Part shown: positions 39,509 through 49,331 of the stretch, piece after piece | How the letters are laid out: the number at the start of each line of letters is the position of its first letter | Position numbering within the stretch: position 1 is the first letter of the stretch | From: a virus | UHGV virus genome: UHGV-0286546 | DNA length: 64,000 nucleotides | Strand: one strand, 5' to 3' | Made by a program: the position numbers and the translations under genes | Notes under the pieces: model-generated | What the model was told of the DNA's origin: nothing | What the model saw: only the letters and a program-made list of their open reading frames with translations | Database searches by the model: none

Positions 39509-40021
39509 TTGAAAAACATAAAAAAAGGTATCATCACAGTTGCTATGAGTAGTGCAAAAGAATTTACATTATCACACGAAGAATTAAGTAGTAAAGAAAT
39601 GGTATATATTGCATGTACTATTCTTGAATCACGTGGATATCAGGGTTTTACTCAATTATTACAAATAGTAGACGATCCAACCATTATTCTTAAAATTATC
39701 CGCTTTCTTTATGGTATGGAAATTAAAGTACCACCTCTAAAGGAATTCATAAATTGTCTACGTGCTGCTGAATATACCTTCTGTGACATGCATAAAAAAA
39801 TTCACGTGAACTTATGCGCTAAACCAGTCGATATACGTAATTTCATGGGTATTACAGAAGAAGAAGAAAAAGAACTTCTACAAATCTTCGATGAATGGTG
39901 TACTTTTATGCATAAAAACGGTATAGACCTCACAAATATCATGCACATCAACCGAAACAATACCAAAAAACGTATAAAAATGAATGCAATAGGCAAAAAA
40001 TGGACTAAAAAGTTATACTAA
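39509..40021 (+). CDS. Hypothetical protein
   Basis: Intact 170-aa ORF. Confidence 0.3.
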   Translation: MKNIKKGIITVAMSSAKEFTLSHEELSSKEMVYIACTILESRGYQGFTQLLQIVDDPTIILKIIRFLYGMEIKVPPLKEFINCLRAAEYTFCDMHKKIHVNLCAKPVDIRNFMGITEEEEKELLQIFDEWCTFMHKNGIDLTNIMHINRNNTKKRIKMNAIGKKWTKKLY

Positions 40022-40070
40022 AATATACAGTTCTAATTATATAGTATAAAACAAATAAAGAGTTAATATT

Positions 40071-40766
40071 ATGAGTGACGATTTTCCTAAATATTGGACC
40101 GAAGAAGAAGTAAATCCAGAAACAGGCGAAATTTATGATAATTCTACTGCTTTAATGCCCGTTGTAGAAGAAGAAGCTCCTTTACCTACTATAGCGGAGC
40201 AAAGAGAAATTGTAAACGAAGCAACGGATGTATCCAAAGAAAGTAAATCTATGCTCAACAGCCTCATAGAAATGAATACCGTTGCTCAAACTCTTGCTGC
40301 TATCCGTACAAATGAAACTGCTGAACAAAGACGAAACGTAATTACTGCATGGAGCGAAAACTTTATAAACGCCAGAATGCAAAACAACGTATCTGCTGAA
40401 TTACTCAAACAAAAATTACTCGAACGTCTAATTCAAAATCTTCCTAACCTTGACCTAGAAACTACTGCTAGAATCTACAATGATTTAACAGACGTTTCTT
40501 CAGTCGACGCACAACAAGCCTTCTCTGCAATTACCGGTGGTGGCGCGGCTGTTCCTGGAAATTCTGGAGGCATCTCTCTAACGATAAATAATGCAACGAG
40601 TGAAGGAGCTACAATTACAAACAATACTCTAAATGCTAGCCCTCAACAAGTCGGTCAACTAAAAGAAGTCAATACTTTAAACTCTTCAATAAAAGCCTGG
40701 AATAACATGCCCTTACCAAAGAAAAAAGTAATAGATACAGAATACATTGAAAATAAAAAAGATTAA
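40071..40766 (+). CDS. Putative terminase small subunit
   Basis: Acidic 231-aa protein immediately upstream of the large terminase. The call rests on position only. Confidence 0.3.
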   Translation: MSDDFPKYWTEEEVNPETGEIYDNSTALMPVVEEEAPLPTIAEQREIVNEATDVSKESKSMLNSLIEMNTVAQTLAAIRTNETAEQRRNVITAWSENFINARMQNNVSAELLKQKLLERLIQNLPNLDLETTARIYNDLTDVSSVDAQQAFSAITGGGAAVPGNSGGISLTINNATSEGATITNNTLNASPQQVGQLKEVNTLNSSIKAWNNMPLPKKKVIDTEYIENKKD

Positions 40767-40808
40767 TTCAGTAGAAATTCTATATCAAAAATATTAAAAA
40801 GGATTTTC

Positions 40809-42890
40809 ATGGAAGATTTACCATTAGAAATTGAAGAAAAAATAGAACAATTACCGATTTTACCTTTTGAAATAAACGAAGAATTTCAAGAGCTTATGTT
40901 TTCTGACTTGTTTTCTGATATTTTCAATTTTTATAAAGAAAATTATTTACCAGATACACTTAAAACAAAATCAGAAATTTATCAAAGAATAAGTTTGTAC
41001 CTAAATCTTACCGGACAAGGCGATAAATTTACAGAAGAAACTGATAAACTCCTTTGGCGAAGACCTTGCCCTGATATTCATACCTTCTTGGCAGATAAAT
41101 TTTACATGGGATATAACAACAGTACTTTGTATCCATTCTGGCGTGAAAAACTAGAGTACATGTTTAGAGATTCTTCACCTGTTAGAAAAGCTATATTTTC
41201 GGGTTGTATAGGATCTGGTAAGTCGACAGTAGCTCGTAAAGCCTTCGTATACGTTCTATATCGCTTACTTTGTTTACGCTATCCACGCTCTGTACTTAAT
41301 ATTGACCAAGATGCTACAATTGCAAACGTCGTTATTGCTACAACTCTGAAACAAGTGTATGAAGTTAATATTCTTCCATTTATTAAACTTATGGAAACAA
41401 TGCCTTGCTTTCAAAGAGTTATGTCACAGAGGTCCTTTGAAAACTTTAATCTCGAAGATCCTCTTTGCCCTATACCTTTTTATTTTGAAAAAAGCAGTGG
41501 TACAATACATTTTCCTGACAATATTATTTTAACCAGTGGTAGTCAACCGACACACTTTACTGGTATGAATGTCATTAATTCATTCTGCTTCACAGAAACT
41601 ACAAAAGTATATACAAACGTTGGAACAATTACATTTGCTTCATTATTAACGCGTTTTAATCGTAAAGAAAAAATATATACATATACTATAGACAAAAACG
41701 GAAATAAAGAAAAAAGTTTAATTACAGACGTTAAAGTAACCGGGTATAAAACAGATTTAATTAGAATCTATTATGAGGATGATAGATATATCGAATGTAC
41801 TCCAGAACATCCTTTTGTAATATCTAATCCAAAAGAGAACGATAAACATGTAATATATGAAAACGGAATCCCATACAAACAAGCTCAATACTTAACAGAA
41901 GAAGATGAAATAGTATCCGAAAAACATGCCTTTGTTTATGAATTAATTGACAATCGACCAGATTCGGCATATTTCAACAAACCGTTTTATATTGGAATAA
42001 GTACGCATGATAATACGCTTGTAAAGTCACATTCTGTTAAATTTTTAAGACCTTACTCACATTTTACAAACAAATCACTAAAAAATGAAGCGAATTTAAT
42101 AAAAAAGAGTATTATTACAAAGATTTTGACAGCAGGTTTGAAACCAAAAATAAATATCATAAAAGAAAATTTAACTTTACAAGAAGCATATACTTTAGAA
42201 AAAGAATTGATCAATAAATATGGAAAAAGATATGACAATTCCGGAATATTAGCAAATATAAGTTCAGGTGGGGAAGGTATAATACTAACTACTCCGGATA
42301 TAATTAAAAGAAAAAGTGAAAATATAAAGAAAACTAAAGCAAAAATTCGTGCGCAAAAAATCGCCGAAAAACAACAAGAATGGGATACTTTGATAAGTAG
42401 TATATCTGGACGTTTGGCTATAATGATCGTATGCTTGCAATACATTGACGCTGTTCGGAAACGTTACCAACAAGGTGCTAATTCACCGCATAAGAAAGAA
42501 GTATCGAGGCAAAATATGATTAAATATAATAAATCAGAAGAACATAGAAAATTAACAGCGTATTATAATTCCATTCGTCCAAAAGTTTCTTCTAAAGAGA
42601 GTAGAGAAAAATTAAGTAAAAGCCAAAAAGAAGCATGGCGTAGAAAACCAATAGAAGAAAAAAGAGAAGTCAGTATCGGAAGAAGTTTAACAAATGCTTG
42701 GAATGTTTTACAAAAAATAGAAGGAAACAAAATTAACTCAAAGATTTTTAATGCTCATAGAATACCAAAAACTATGCATTCACGTACCGATCCTTGCTGG
42801 GAAACCTTGGTTAAAAAAATAGGAAGTGTTGAAAAGTTTTTAGATATGGTTAATAAAAAATACGGTAAGAGGTTTATATATGAAGATTAA
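40809..42890 (+). CDS. Terminase large subunit N-extein fused to intein N-lobe plus GIY-YIG/NUMOD endonuclease
   Basis: Terminase Walker A 'SGCIGSGKST'. The intein starts at Cys 41586 ('CFTETTKVYT') with block B 'TPEHPF'. A GIY-YIG core ('FVYELID...FYIGIS') and NUMOD-like DNA-binding repeats ('SEEHRKL...SKESREKLSKSQ') follow. Confidence 0.75.
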   Translation: MEDLPLEIEEKIEQLPILPFEINEEFQELMFSDLFSDIFNFYKENYLPDTLKTKSEIYQRISLYLNLTGQGDKFTEETDKLLWRRPCPDIHTFLADKFYMGYNNSTLYPFWREKLEYMFRDSSPVRKAIFSGCIGSGKSTVARKAFVYVLYRLLCLRYPRSVLNIDQDATIANVVIATTLKQVYEVNILPFIKLMETMPCFQRVMSQRSFENFNLEDPLCPIPFYFEKSSGTIHFPDNIILTSGSQPTHFTGMNVINSFCFTETTKVYTNVGTITFASLLTRFNRKEKIYTYTIDKNGNKEKSLITDVKVTGYKTDLIRIYYEDDRYIECTPEHPFVISNPKENDKHVIYENGIPYKQAQYLTEEDEIVSEKHAFVYELIDNRPDSAYFNKPFYIGISTHDNTLVKSHSVKFLRPYSHFTNKSLKNEANLIKKSIITKILTAGLKPKINIIKENLTLQEAYTLEKELINKYGKRYDNSGILANISSGGEGIILTTPDIIKRKSENIKKTKAKIRAQKIAEKQQEWDTLISSISGRLAIMIVCLQYIDAVRKRYQQGANSPHKKEVSRQNMIKYNKSEEHRKLTAYYNSIRPKVSSKESREKLSKSQKEAWRRKPIEEKREVSIGRSLTNAWNVLQKIEGNKINSKIFNAHRIPKTMHSRTDPCWETLVKKIGSVEKFLDMVNKKYGKRFIYED

Positions 42891-43008
42891 AAAAATAGAA
42901 AAAATACACCTAGATGAACCTGTACCAGTGTATGATTTAACTGTAGAAAATGAAAATCACAACTTCGCATTGAGCCTAGACGATGGTACTATTGCGTTTG
43001 CCCACAAT
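41586..43008 (+). mobile_element. Intein with embedded GIY-YIG homing endonuclease inserted at the terminase Walker B (fractured/split into two ORFs)
   Basis: The N-extein ends 'VINSF', and the C-intein 'VYDLTVENENHNF...IAFAHN' precedes the C-extein 'CDEIND'. The spliced junction 'INSFCDEI' reconstitutes a Walker B like T4 gp17 'IYIDECAF'. The C-lobe sits in a different frame and has its own AAGAGG RBS plus ATG at 42880. Confidence 0.7.
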
Positions 43009-44253
43009 TGTGATGAGATCAATGATTACGGTAGTGTCGAAAGTACAATCGCATTATTAAATACCCTAGATAACAGATTTTCTAGTAGATTTTCTAATGT
43101 GGATTTGGTATTTCAAAGCGTTGTGAGTTCGGCTCGTACAACCAATTCTGCTTTGGGTGAGTATGTTCGTCACTTACCACAAAATGACCCTTCTATTCTA
43201 AAATTAAATCCAATGTTGTGGGAAGTTAAACCAGACCCAGACTTTAAAGGAGACGGTACAACTTTTCCAGTAATGGTAGGCAATGGTAGTATTCCGTCTA
43301 AAATTATTACTGACCCCGGTGAATTAAAAGCTATAGAAGAAAGTAAGTATGAACCACCAGCTGGATGTATTTTAATTAATGTACCAACAATCTTTCGTTC
43401 TAAATTCGAATTACAATTAGATCAATCGATACAAGATATTGCAGGTATAACTACAGATGATGACAACAGTGTATTTCGTGATACTACACAATTAGAAGAT
43501 ACTCGGCTTAATCCTGAATTTGTTTTAGAGGTTAACATAAGAGATAATACAAACATTCTTGACTTATTAAAGCAATACGATTTGTTTGAAATGAACTTGA
43601 ATAATACTTGGCAATTTAAAAGAGCACCGAAAGCAGATCGTTATGGGCATGTAGATTTAGCCGGCGGTGGTTCTGATGGACAATGTGACGCTGCCGTTTG
43701 TATTTTACATAAAGAATATCAGTATAATGAAGTAACTAAGTTGAAAGATATAATTTATGTAGTTGATTTATTATTAGCCATTAATGCAAAGAATAAGGTT
43801 GATATAAAAGCTATTCAAAACTTTTTAATTGATTTAGTAGTAGAAAGAAATATACCTATTCATACTATAACGGCAGATCAATGGCAAAGTTTGATGTTTT
43901 TACAGACTTTAGAGGCATCGGGTTGTTTTAGTAAGGTTGACAAATTATCTGTAGATACCAAGTTAGAGCCTTATACTAATTTAGCTACAATGTTAGAGCA
44001 AGGACAAGTTAAAGTAGGTAGTTGTCCTAAACTTAAAAAAGAATTAGAAGCATTAATATTAGATAAAGGTAAAGTAACACGTACGACAGAACTTAAAGAT
44101 TTAGCAGATGCATTAGTAGGTGCTGTATGGAATGCTCAATTAAATTATACAGATGTACCTATTTATGAATATACTAAACCAGAACTTAAAACAAGAGTAC
44201 TTACGTATACAGATTATATAGATTCCTCCTCCGAATTATTATGTGATTTATAG
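42880..44253 (+). CDS. Intein C-lobe (43 aa) + terminase large subunit C-extein (nuclease domain)
   Basis: Intein blocks F/G 'VYDLTVENENHNF' and 'AHN' are followed by the +1 Cys at 43009-43011. The C-extein continues the terminase. Confidence 0.7.
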   Translation: MKIKKIEKIHLDEPVPVYDLTVENENHNFALSLDDGTIAFAHNCDEINDYGSVESTIALLNTLDNRFSSRFSNVDLVFQSVVSSARTTNSALGEYVRHLPQNDPSILKLNPMLWEVKPDPDFKGDGTTFPVMVGNGSIPSKIITDPGELKAIEESKYEPPAGCILINVPTIFRSKFELQLDQSIQDIAGITTDDDNSVFRDTTQLEDTRLNPEFVLEVNIRDNTNILDLLKQYDLFEMNLNNTWQFKRAPKADRYGHVDLAGGGSDGQCDAAVCILHKEYQYNEVTKLKDIIYVVDLLLAINAKNKVDIKAIQNFLIDLVVERNIPIHTITADQWQSLMFLQTLEASGCFSKVDKLSVDTKLEPYTNLATMLEQGQVKVGSCPKLKKELEALILDKGKVTRTTELKDLADALVGAVWNAQLNYTDVPIYEYTKPELKTRVLTYTDYIDSSSELLCDL

Positions 44254-44591
44254 AATTTTGTTTCATATGTTAATACAGCCAATCTATAATCATAACGATG
44301 GATTCTACACAGAGTCTGTAATTCTTCAGCTTGTTCTTTAGAATCATTTTCCAAGTACCATTCGTAGAGACTTCTGTATAATTCTTGAGGAGTAGGTTTA
44401 TTATATTTTCTTTCATATAAGGTATCTTCGATCTTATTTAGAATGCTATCACTTGTTTTAGCAACATCACCTAAAGATTCTGAACAGTAATCCAACGAGT
44501 CTAACACTTTGTCCATTTTTTCAAGTAGCTCACTTGGAACTTCAAATATAATCGGGTGACTGTGCATTGCTATATCTTCCTCTTCTGACAT
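44214..44591 (-). CDS. Small protein, third member of the 5009/5328 paralog family
   Basis: C-terminal 'CRIHRYDYRLAVLTYETKFY' motif. Confidence 0.4.
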   Translation of the reverse strand: MSEEEDIAMHSHPIIFEVPSELLEKMDKVLDSLDYCSESLGDVAKTSDSILNKIEDTLYERKYNKPTPQELYRSLYEWYLENDSKEQAEELQTLCRIHRYDYRLAVLTYETKFYKSHNNSEEESI

Positions 44592-44731
44592 TTCAACCTC
44601 AAAATTTGTTTTACTTTAATTTCAATTTATAATAATGATTTTTGATTGTAAAGCAAATTATTATTCTCTTTTAATCAACTTCTGCTTTTTATCTTTTTTG
44701 ATTATTGGATTTTTTAAAGGTTCTATAATCT

Positions 44732-45538
44732 ATGTCAAAATTTAAAAATACGGTTTTGCATGCAGATAAAGAGGCAGAAAAAACTAGGAAGTATAATATG
44801 TTAAATGAAGACATTTGGTCATTTATACGTGTTGTATTCTTTTCTGGAGTAATCTTGTTAAGTAATATACACGAAGTAAATGCCAAAACTAATTACGAAG
44901 CTTTGCATATTAACCATGATGTCATTGCTAAATATGAAAGTGGTGATAAAGGGTACGAAGCTATAGCAAAAGATAATTATAGTGGACATTCTTATGGTAA
45001 ATGGCAAATCTCAACTTATCGTAAAAATGGTAAATCTTCTACATTTGATTATTTTCTAAAATATGCTAAAGAAAACGATGTAGAATTATATAATATACTA
45101 GAAAAAGCAGGTGGATATAAAGCAGCATATAGAGGTGATAAATTATTTACTAAAGTATGGTTAAATCTTGCTTCTAATAAAAAATTTCAAAACCTCTATG
45201 ATAACTTTATATTAAATACTCAAATTGTTCCAGTATATCGTCGTTTAGATGATACGCATGATGCCAGATTAGATAGAGTAACTACGTGGGGTTCTTCTAA
45301 TGATGCAGTTCAAGCGGCGATTAAATCAATTATTATTCAACATGGATGTGGCGGTGCCTATAAAATGATTAATACAGTTATGGACACACATAATCCAAAA
45401 ACAGAGGAAGACTTTTTAAATAGGTTGTATAACCTTAGAATTAGTAAATTTCCTCTGTATGTCGGTCGTTATAAAGCCGAACACAAAGAATTGAAACAAA
45501 TTCTTATTACCCACAAACAAAACAATAAAATAATCTAA
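44732..45538 (+). CDS. Hypothetical membrane-anchored or secreted protein
   Basis: N-terminal hydrophobic segment 'FIRVVFFSGVILLSNI'. A TATAAT box lies immediately upstream of the ATG. No family confidently recognised. Confidence 0.3.
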   Translation: MSKFKNTVLHADKEAEKTRKYNMLNEDIWSFIRVVFFSGVILLSNIHEVNAKTNYEALHINHDVIAKYESGDKGYEAIAKDNYSGHSYGKWQISTYRKNGKSSTFDYFLKYAKENDVELYNILEKAGGYKAAYRGDKLFTKVWLNLASNKKFQNLYDNFILNTQIVPVYRRLDDTHDARLDRVTTWGSSNDAVQAAIKSIIIQHGCGGAYKMINTVMDTHNPKTEEDFLNRLYNLRISKFPLYVGRYKAEHKELKQILITHKQNNKII

Positions 45539-45633
45539 TCTTTAATTATATCTGTCTCTTAATTGTAAAAGTCATCTTTAAATAAGGTGGCTTTTTTCTT
45601 ATTCGTTCTATATAAGGTAATCATTTTTTTATT

Positions 45634-46305
45634 ATGGAGTTAACTATGTCAGTCTTATATGGTTTATGGTGGGGTTTTTTACGTAGATGGTTTGGTGGAT
45701 TATTTCCTGATGAACAATATAAAATTCTTGGTAACCGCGGACTACAAACAACAGTAATGATTCTTAGTTTGTTACCAGTTATATTCGTCCATACAAAAGA
45801 AATCTACAGTACCTTAAACATTTACGTTATTCTTGCTATTACTCTATTTATTACGTTATGGATTCAATTTCAGTTTTGGTCAAGAGGTCACGGTGCTACA
45901 TTCTTAGACATGGGACGTACTAAAGATCCTGATTTAAGCCGTTATGACAGATGGTTCAAAAAGCCGTTAGACAAATGCTGGGATAAATTACTACAATTAA
46001 AACAAAATAATAAAATTGCAGCTTTCTTATTACAAAAATGGTCAGGAAGAAAGTACGGTTATACTTATGATATGATTTACCACACTCTTCGTTACACCAT
46101 TTGTATGATTGTTCCTGCCATCTTATTAAAATCTTGGGCATTTATTATAATAGGTCTTATTTCTGCTCCTCTTTATGAATTAGCAATAAGATTCTATGAA
46201 AAAGCTAACTATAAATATGCTTGGATGAAATTACCTTGGTTAAACAGTCCAAATAAGCCTACTGAAATTATTTATGGTTTTATTTTCGGAGTACTGGTAT
46301 ACTAA
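45634..46305 (+). CDS. Integral membrane protein (about 4 TM helices)
   Basis: Multiple hydrophobic helices. Confidence 0.35.
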   Translation: MELTMSVLYGLWWGFLRRWFGGLFPDEQYKILGNRGLQTTVMILSLLPVIFVHTKEIYSTLNIYVILAITLFITLWIQFQFWSRGHGATFLDMGRTKDPDLSRYDRWFKKPLDKCWDKLLQLKQNNKIAAFLLQKWSGRKYGYTYDMIYHTLRYTICMIVPAILLKSWAFIIIGLISAPLYELAIRFYEKANYKYAWMKLPWLNSPNKPTEIIYGFIFGVLVY

Positions 46306-46429
46306 ATGAAAATACTACAACTACTTATATTGTTCTTTAGTATTTTACTTATTTGTATAATAATGGCTTTTATTGCTTTACAAAGAGTATAGATTAAAGC
46401 ATAATAATTAAAAAGGAGAGGTTGTTTTA

Positions 46430-47929
46430 ATGAAATATATTTGTCAGTATTGTGGTAAAGAATATGAAGCTGATGTCAATAATGGACCTTGGCAAAAAGA
46501 TAATACACAAAAAATGGTAAAACAGGGTGTAAATGTTTCCAGATTCTGTTGCTATGAATGTGGTAAAGCTGCACGTAAAGAAAAAATAGCTAAAAACTGG
46601 CAAAATAAAAGCTTAGAAGAAAGAGAAAGCATAAACAAAAAACGTAAATCATCAATTCTTCCTAAAGTTTGTAAAAATTGCGGTAAAACCTTTATACCAA
46701 ATCAAGCCGGAGGATCAAAAAATGGTGTCTATCTTTGTTCTGATCAATGCCGAAAAGAATATTTCCAACAAATTCCAGAATCCGGTATGCGTATTTGTGA
46801 AGAATGTGGTAAAGAATACTATTATGAAAAAAATCAAGGTAATTGGAATAAAGATAACGAATTAATAGATTCTTCTGAAAACAATAAAGAATTTTCAATT
46901 AAAAGTCATAGATTCTGTTGTTATGAATGCGGTGTAAAACATAAAGAAAAATTAAGAAAAATAACTAATCTACAAAAATATGGTTATTTGAGTCCATGGC
47001 AGGATATTGTTATTCGTGAAAAAATGTTTGATAAAATGAAAAAGGATGGTACATTGTTTAGTTCAAAGCCAGAAAAAGAAATTCGTGCATTTATAGAAAG
47101 TCTCGGTTTTAGTACTGACAAATTTATCATTGGTGACGGACGCACTTCTCAGCGCTTTGAAATTGATATATACATTCCAGAAAAAAATATCGGTGTTGAA
47201 TTTAATGGTGCATACTTTCATAGTATTAATGGTAAAAAAATAGGCTTTATATCGCATAATTATCACTATAACAAATCAAAAATTGCTAAAGAAAAAGGTA
47301 TAGAATTAATACACATTTGGGAAGATCAATGGGCAAACCAAAAAGATATTGTAAAAGATATATTAAAAGCTAGATTAGGTGTAATTGATAAAGATAATCG
47401 TATATACGCTAGACAATGTACGATTAAAGAAATATCAACAGAAGAATATAAAACCTTTTGCGAAAAATACCATATGCAAGGATATAGAAGTGCCAAAATA
47501 AAATACGGTTTATTCTATCAAGGTAAACTCGTACAAATATCTTCCTTTAGCCGAACTAGAAATACCGGTAAAGCCATACAGAAAAACCAAGAATATGAAT
47601 ATGAATGGTGTCGTGGCTGTATAGCTTCTAATAACTTTGTAATCGGAGGTACTTCAAAATTATTAAAACATTTTATCAAAGAATACGATCCTGATTCAAT
47701 TCTATGCTATGCAGATTGGAATTTATTTAATGGAAACGGCTATAAAGAAGCAGGTTTTGAATTTGACGGATATACAGGACCAGATAAATTCTATATTCAA
47801 CCAAAACCAATACTTAGAATAAATCGTAATCCTCATAAGTATAAAGAATATAAACGACTCGTAGAAGATCATAAATTATGGTTATGTTATGGAGCCGGAT
47901 CATTACGGTTTAAATGGATTAAAAAATGA
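46430..47929 (+). CDS. Homing-endonuclease-like protein: N-terminal repeated zinc ribbons + Vsr/PD-(D/E)XK-like nuclease domain
   Basis: Four 'CxxCGK...CCYECG' ribbons, a nuclease core 'FEIDIYIPEKNIGVEFNGAYFHS' ... 'IELIHIWEDQW', and a C-terminal domain of unknown function. Confidence 0.5.
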   Translation: MKYICQYCGKEYEADVNNGPWQKDNTQKMVKQGVNVSRFCCYECGKAARKEKIAKNWQNKSLEERESINKKRKSSILPKVCKNCGKTFIPNQAGGSKNGVYLCSDQCRKEYFQQIPESGMRICEECGKEYYYEKNQGNWNKDNELIDSSENNKEFSIKSHRFCCYECGVKHKEKLRKITNLQKYGYLSPWQDIVIREKMFDKMKKDGTLFSSKPEKEIRAFIESLGFSTDKFIIGDGRTSQRFEIDIYIPEKNIGVEFNGAYFHSINGKKIGFISHNYHYNKSKIAKEKGIELIHIWEDQWANQKDIVKDILKARLGVIDKDNRIYARQCTIKEISTEEYKTFCEKYHMQGYRSAKIKYGLFYQGKLVQISSFSRTRNTGKAIQKNQEYEYEWCRGCIASNNFVIGGTSKLLKHFIKEYDPDSILCYADWNLFNGNGYKEAGFEFDGYTGPDKFYIQPKPILRINRNPHKYKEYKRLVEDHKLWLCYGAGSLRFKWIKK

Positions 47930-48519
47930 ATCAAAGAGAATATAAACGCTTTTTACATCTACCTAAAGAAAAGCGCCCAGAATCCTTTTTTAAATATAGA
48001 AATCTAGCCGAAAAACTACTAGGATATAAAAGAAGACAAAACCTAGTAATACATCATTTACGCGATACAGAAGAACAACGCGAGTTTAACGACAATTACT
48101 ACGAACGCTGGGGAATAGACTTCAATGGTGAAATGAAATACTGTATTCTCGTAACCAAAGAAGAACACACCGCAATTCATAAATTAAGTGAAGAAACAAA
48201 AGCCAAAATTTCAAAATCAGTATCTATTAGCAAAACAAAACTCACCCAAGAACAACGTAAAGAAAATAAAAAATACGCAGACAGTAACTATAGAAAACAA
48301 AATAAAGAAAAAATCAAAAAATACAAAGAAGAATACTATATAAAAAATCAAGAAACGATTAAAGAAAATGTTAAAGAATACAGAAATTCACACAAAGACA
48401 AAATACGCGAATATAATAAAAAATGGAAAGAGAAAAATCGTGATAAAGTCTTAGAAGCTAAACGAAAAGCCTATCAAAAGAAAAAACAACTAAAAAATTC
48501 TAACAACAAAGCCTCCTAA
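47926..48519 (+). CDS. HNH endonuclease with Lys-rich repeat DNA-binding tail
   Basis: 'NLVIHHLRD...N...HTAIH' HNH core, then repeated 'N-Y-R-K-x-NKEKI-K-x-Y-K-E-Y' modules. Confidence 0.55.
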   Translation: MNQREYKRFLHLPKEKRPESFFKYRNLAEKLLGYKRRQNLVIHHLRDTEEQREFNDNYYERWGIDFNGEMKYCILVTKEEHTAIHKLSEETKAKISKSVSISKTKLTQEQRKENKKYADSNYRKQNKEKIKKYKEEYYIKNQETIKENVKEYRNSHKDKIREYNKKWKEKNRDKVLEAKRKAYQKKKQLKNSNNKAS

Positions 48520-48584
48520 ATACAGCATTTGTTCTATATTATGAGCAGTCAAATCTACTTTAATAACTATAGGACAAAAATAAC

Positions 48585-49136
48585 ATGTTACATCCATTAA
48601 GTAAAGTTCAAAATCTTAAGGATCCGTTGAAGATGTTTGTGGCGACATTCCAAATCGTCTTCCAACCAAATTCCCCTCTTGTTTCATTAATTAAAACCGA
48701 CAACCTCGAACTACGTTGTCAAACCTTTGGATTACCTAAAATTACAGGTGATAAAACAGTCGTACAATGGGGCGGATTCGAGCGCAGATATGCAGGTAAA
48801 CAAACCAGAGCCGGTGACTGGACTTGTACGTTCACTGAAGTATGGGATTCCTCAATTACAGAAGCCTTTAAGGTATGGAACAATATGTATCATTCATATT
48901 TAAATGGTACAATTTCATTACTCGATGCTTATACTGCCACCGTCAACGTTACACTTGTTAACCCAGATGTTTATGATCCAAAACCAGAAGGATTAACTCG
49001 TTACGATATGCGTTTATTCGACGTATTCCCAACAGAAGTAAGTTACCCAACAATTAACGCCTCAAGTAGTGACCCTATCGAAATTACAGTTACATTGAGT
49101 TATAACTATTTCTTAATGGGCGACGAAAACGACTAA
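48585..49136 (+). CDS. Hypothetical protein (possibly virion-associated)
   Basis: Intact 183-aa ORF followed by a strong terminator. Confidence 0.3.
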   Translation: MLHPLSKVQNLKDPLKMFVATFQIVFQPNSPLVSLIKTDNLELRCQTFGLPKITGDKTVVQWGGFERRYAGKQTRAGDWTCTFTEVWDSSITEAFKVWNNMYHSYLNGTISLLDAYTATVNVTLVNPDVYDPKPEGLTRYDMRLFDVFPTEVSYPTINASSSDPIEITVTLSYNYFLMGDEND

Positions 49137-49164
49137 AATATAATTAAGTATTTGATTTTTAAAG

Positions 49165-49199
49165 AAAATGCCAGGTTTTATTCTACTTGGCATTTTTTA
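49165..49199 (+). terminator. Rho-independent terminator
   Basis: Stem AATGCCA/TGGCATT followed by TTTTTT. Confidence 0.6.
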
Positions 49200-49331
49200 T
49201 TTATTTTCCTCAGAGGGTGTTATAAATTTACCTAGAATAAACAAACTTTGATTTGGGATAAAACCTAATAATAATAAAGTTCTAATAATTAACTTGAAAT
49301 TTTACTTATATTTATTAGGACTTTATTTGTA

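Noticed and set aside
44732-45538. Calling ORF 44732..45538 a lytic transglycosylase/lysozyme
   Set aside because: No catalytic Glu-Ser/ES motif or recognisable lysozyme block. Only an N-terminal hydrophobic anchor is evident, so it is left as hypothetical.
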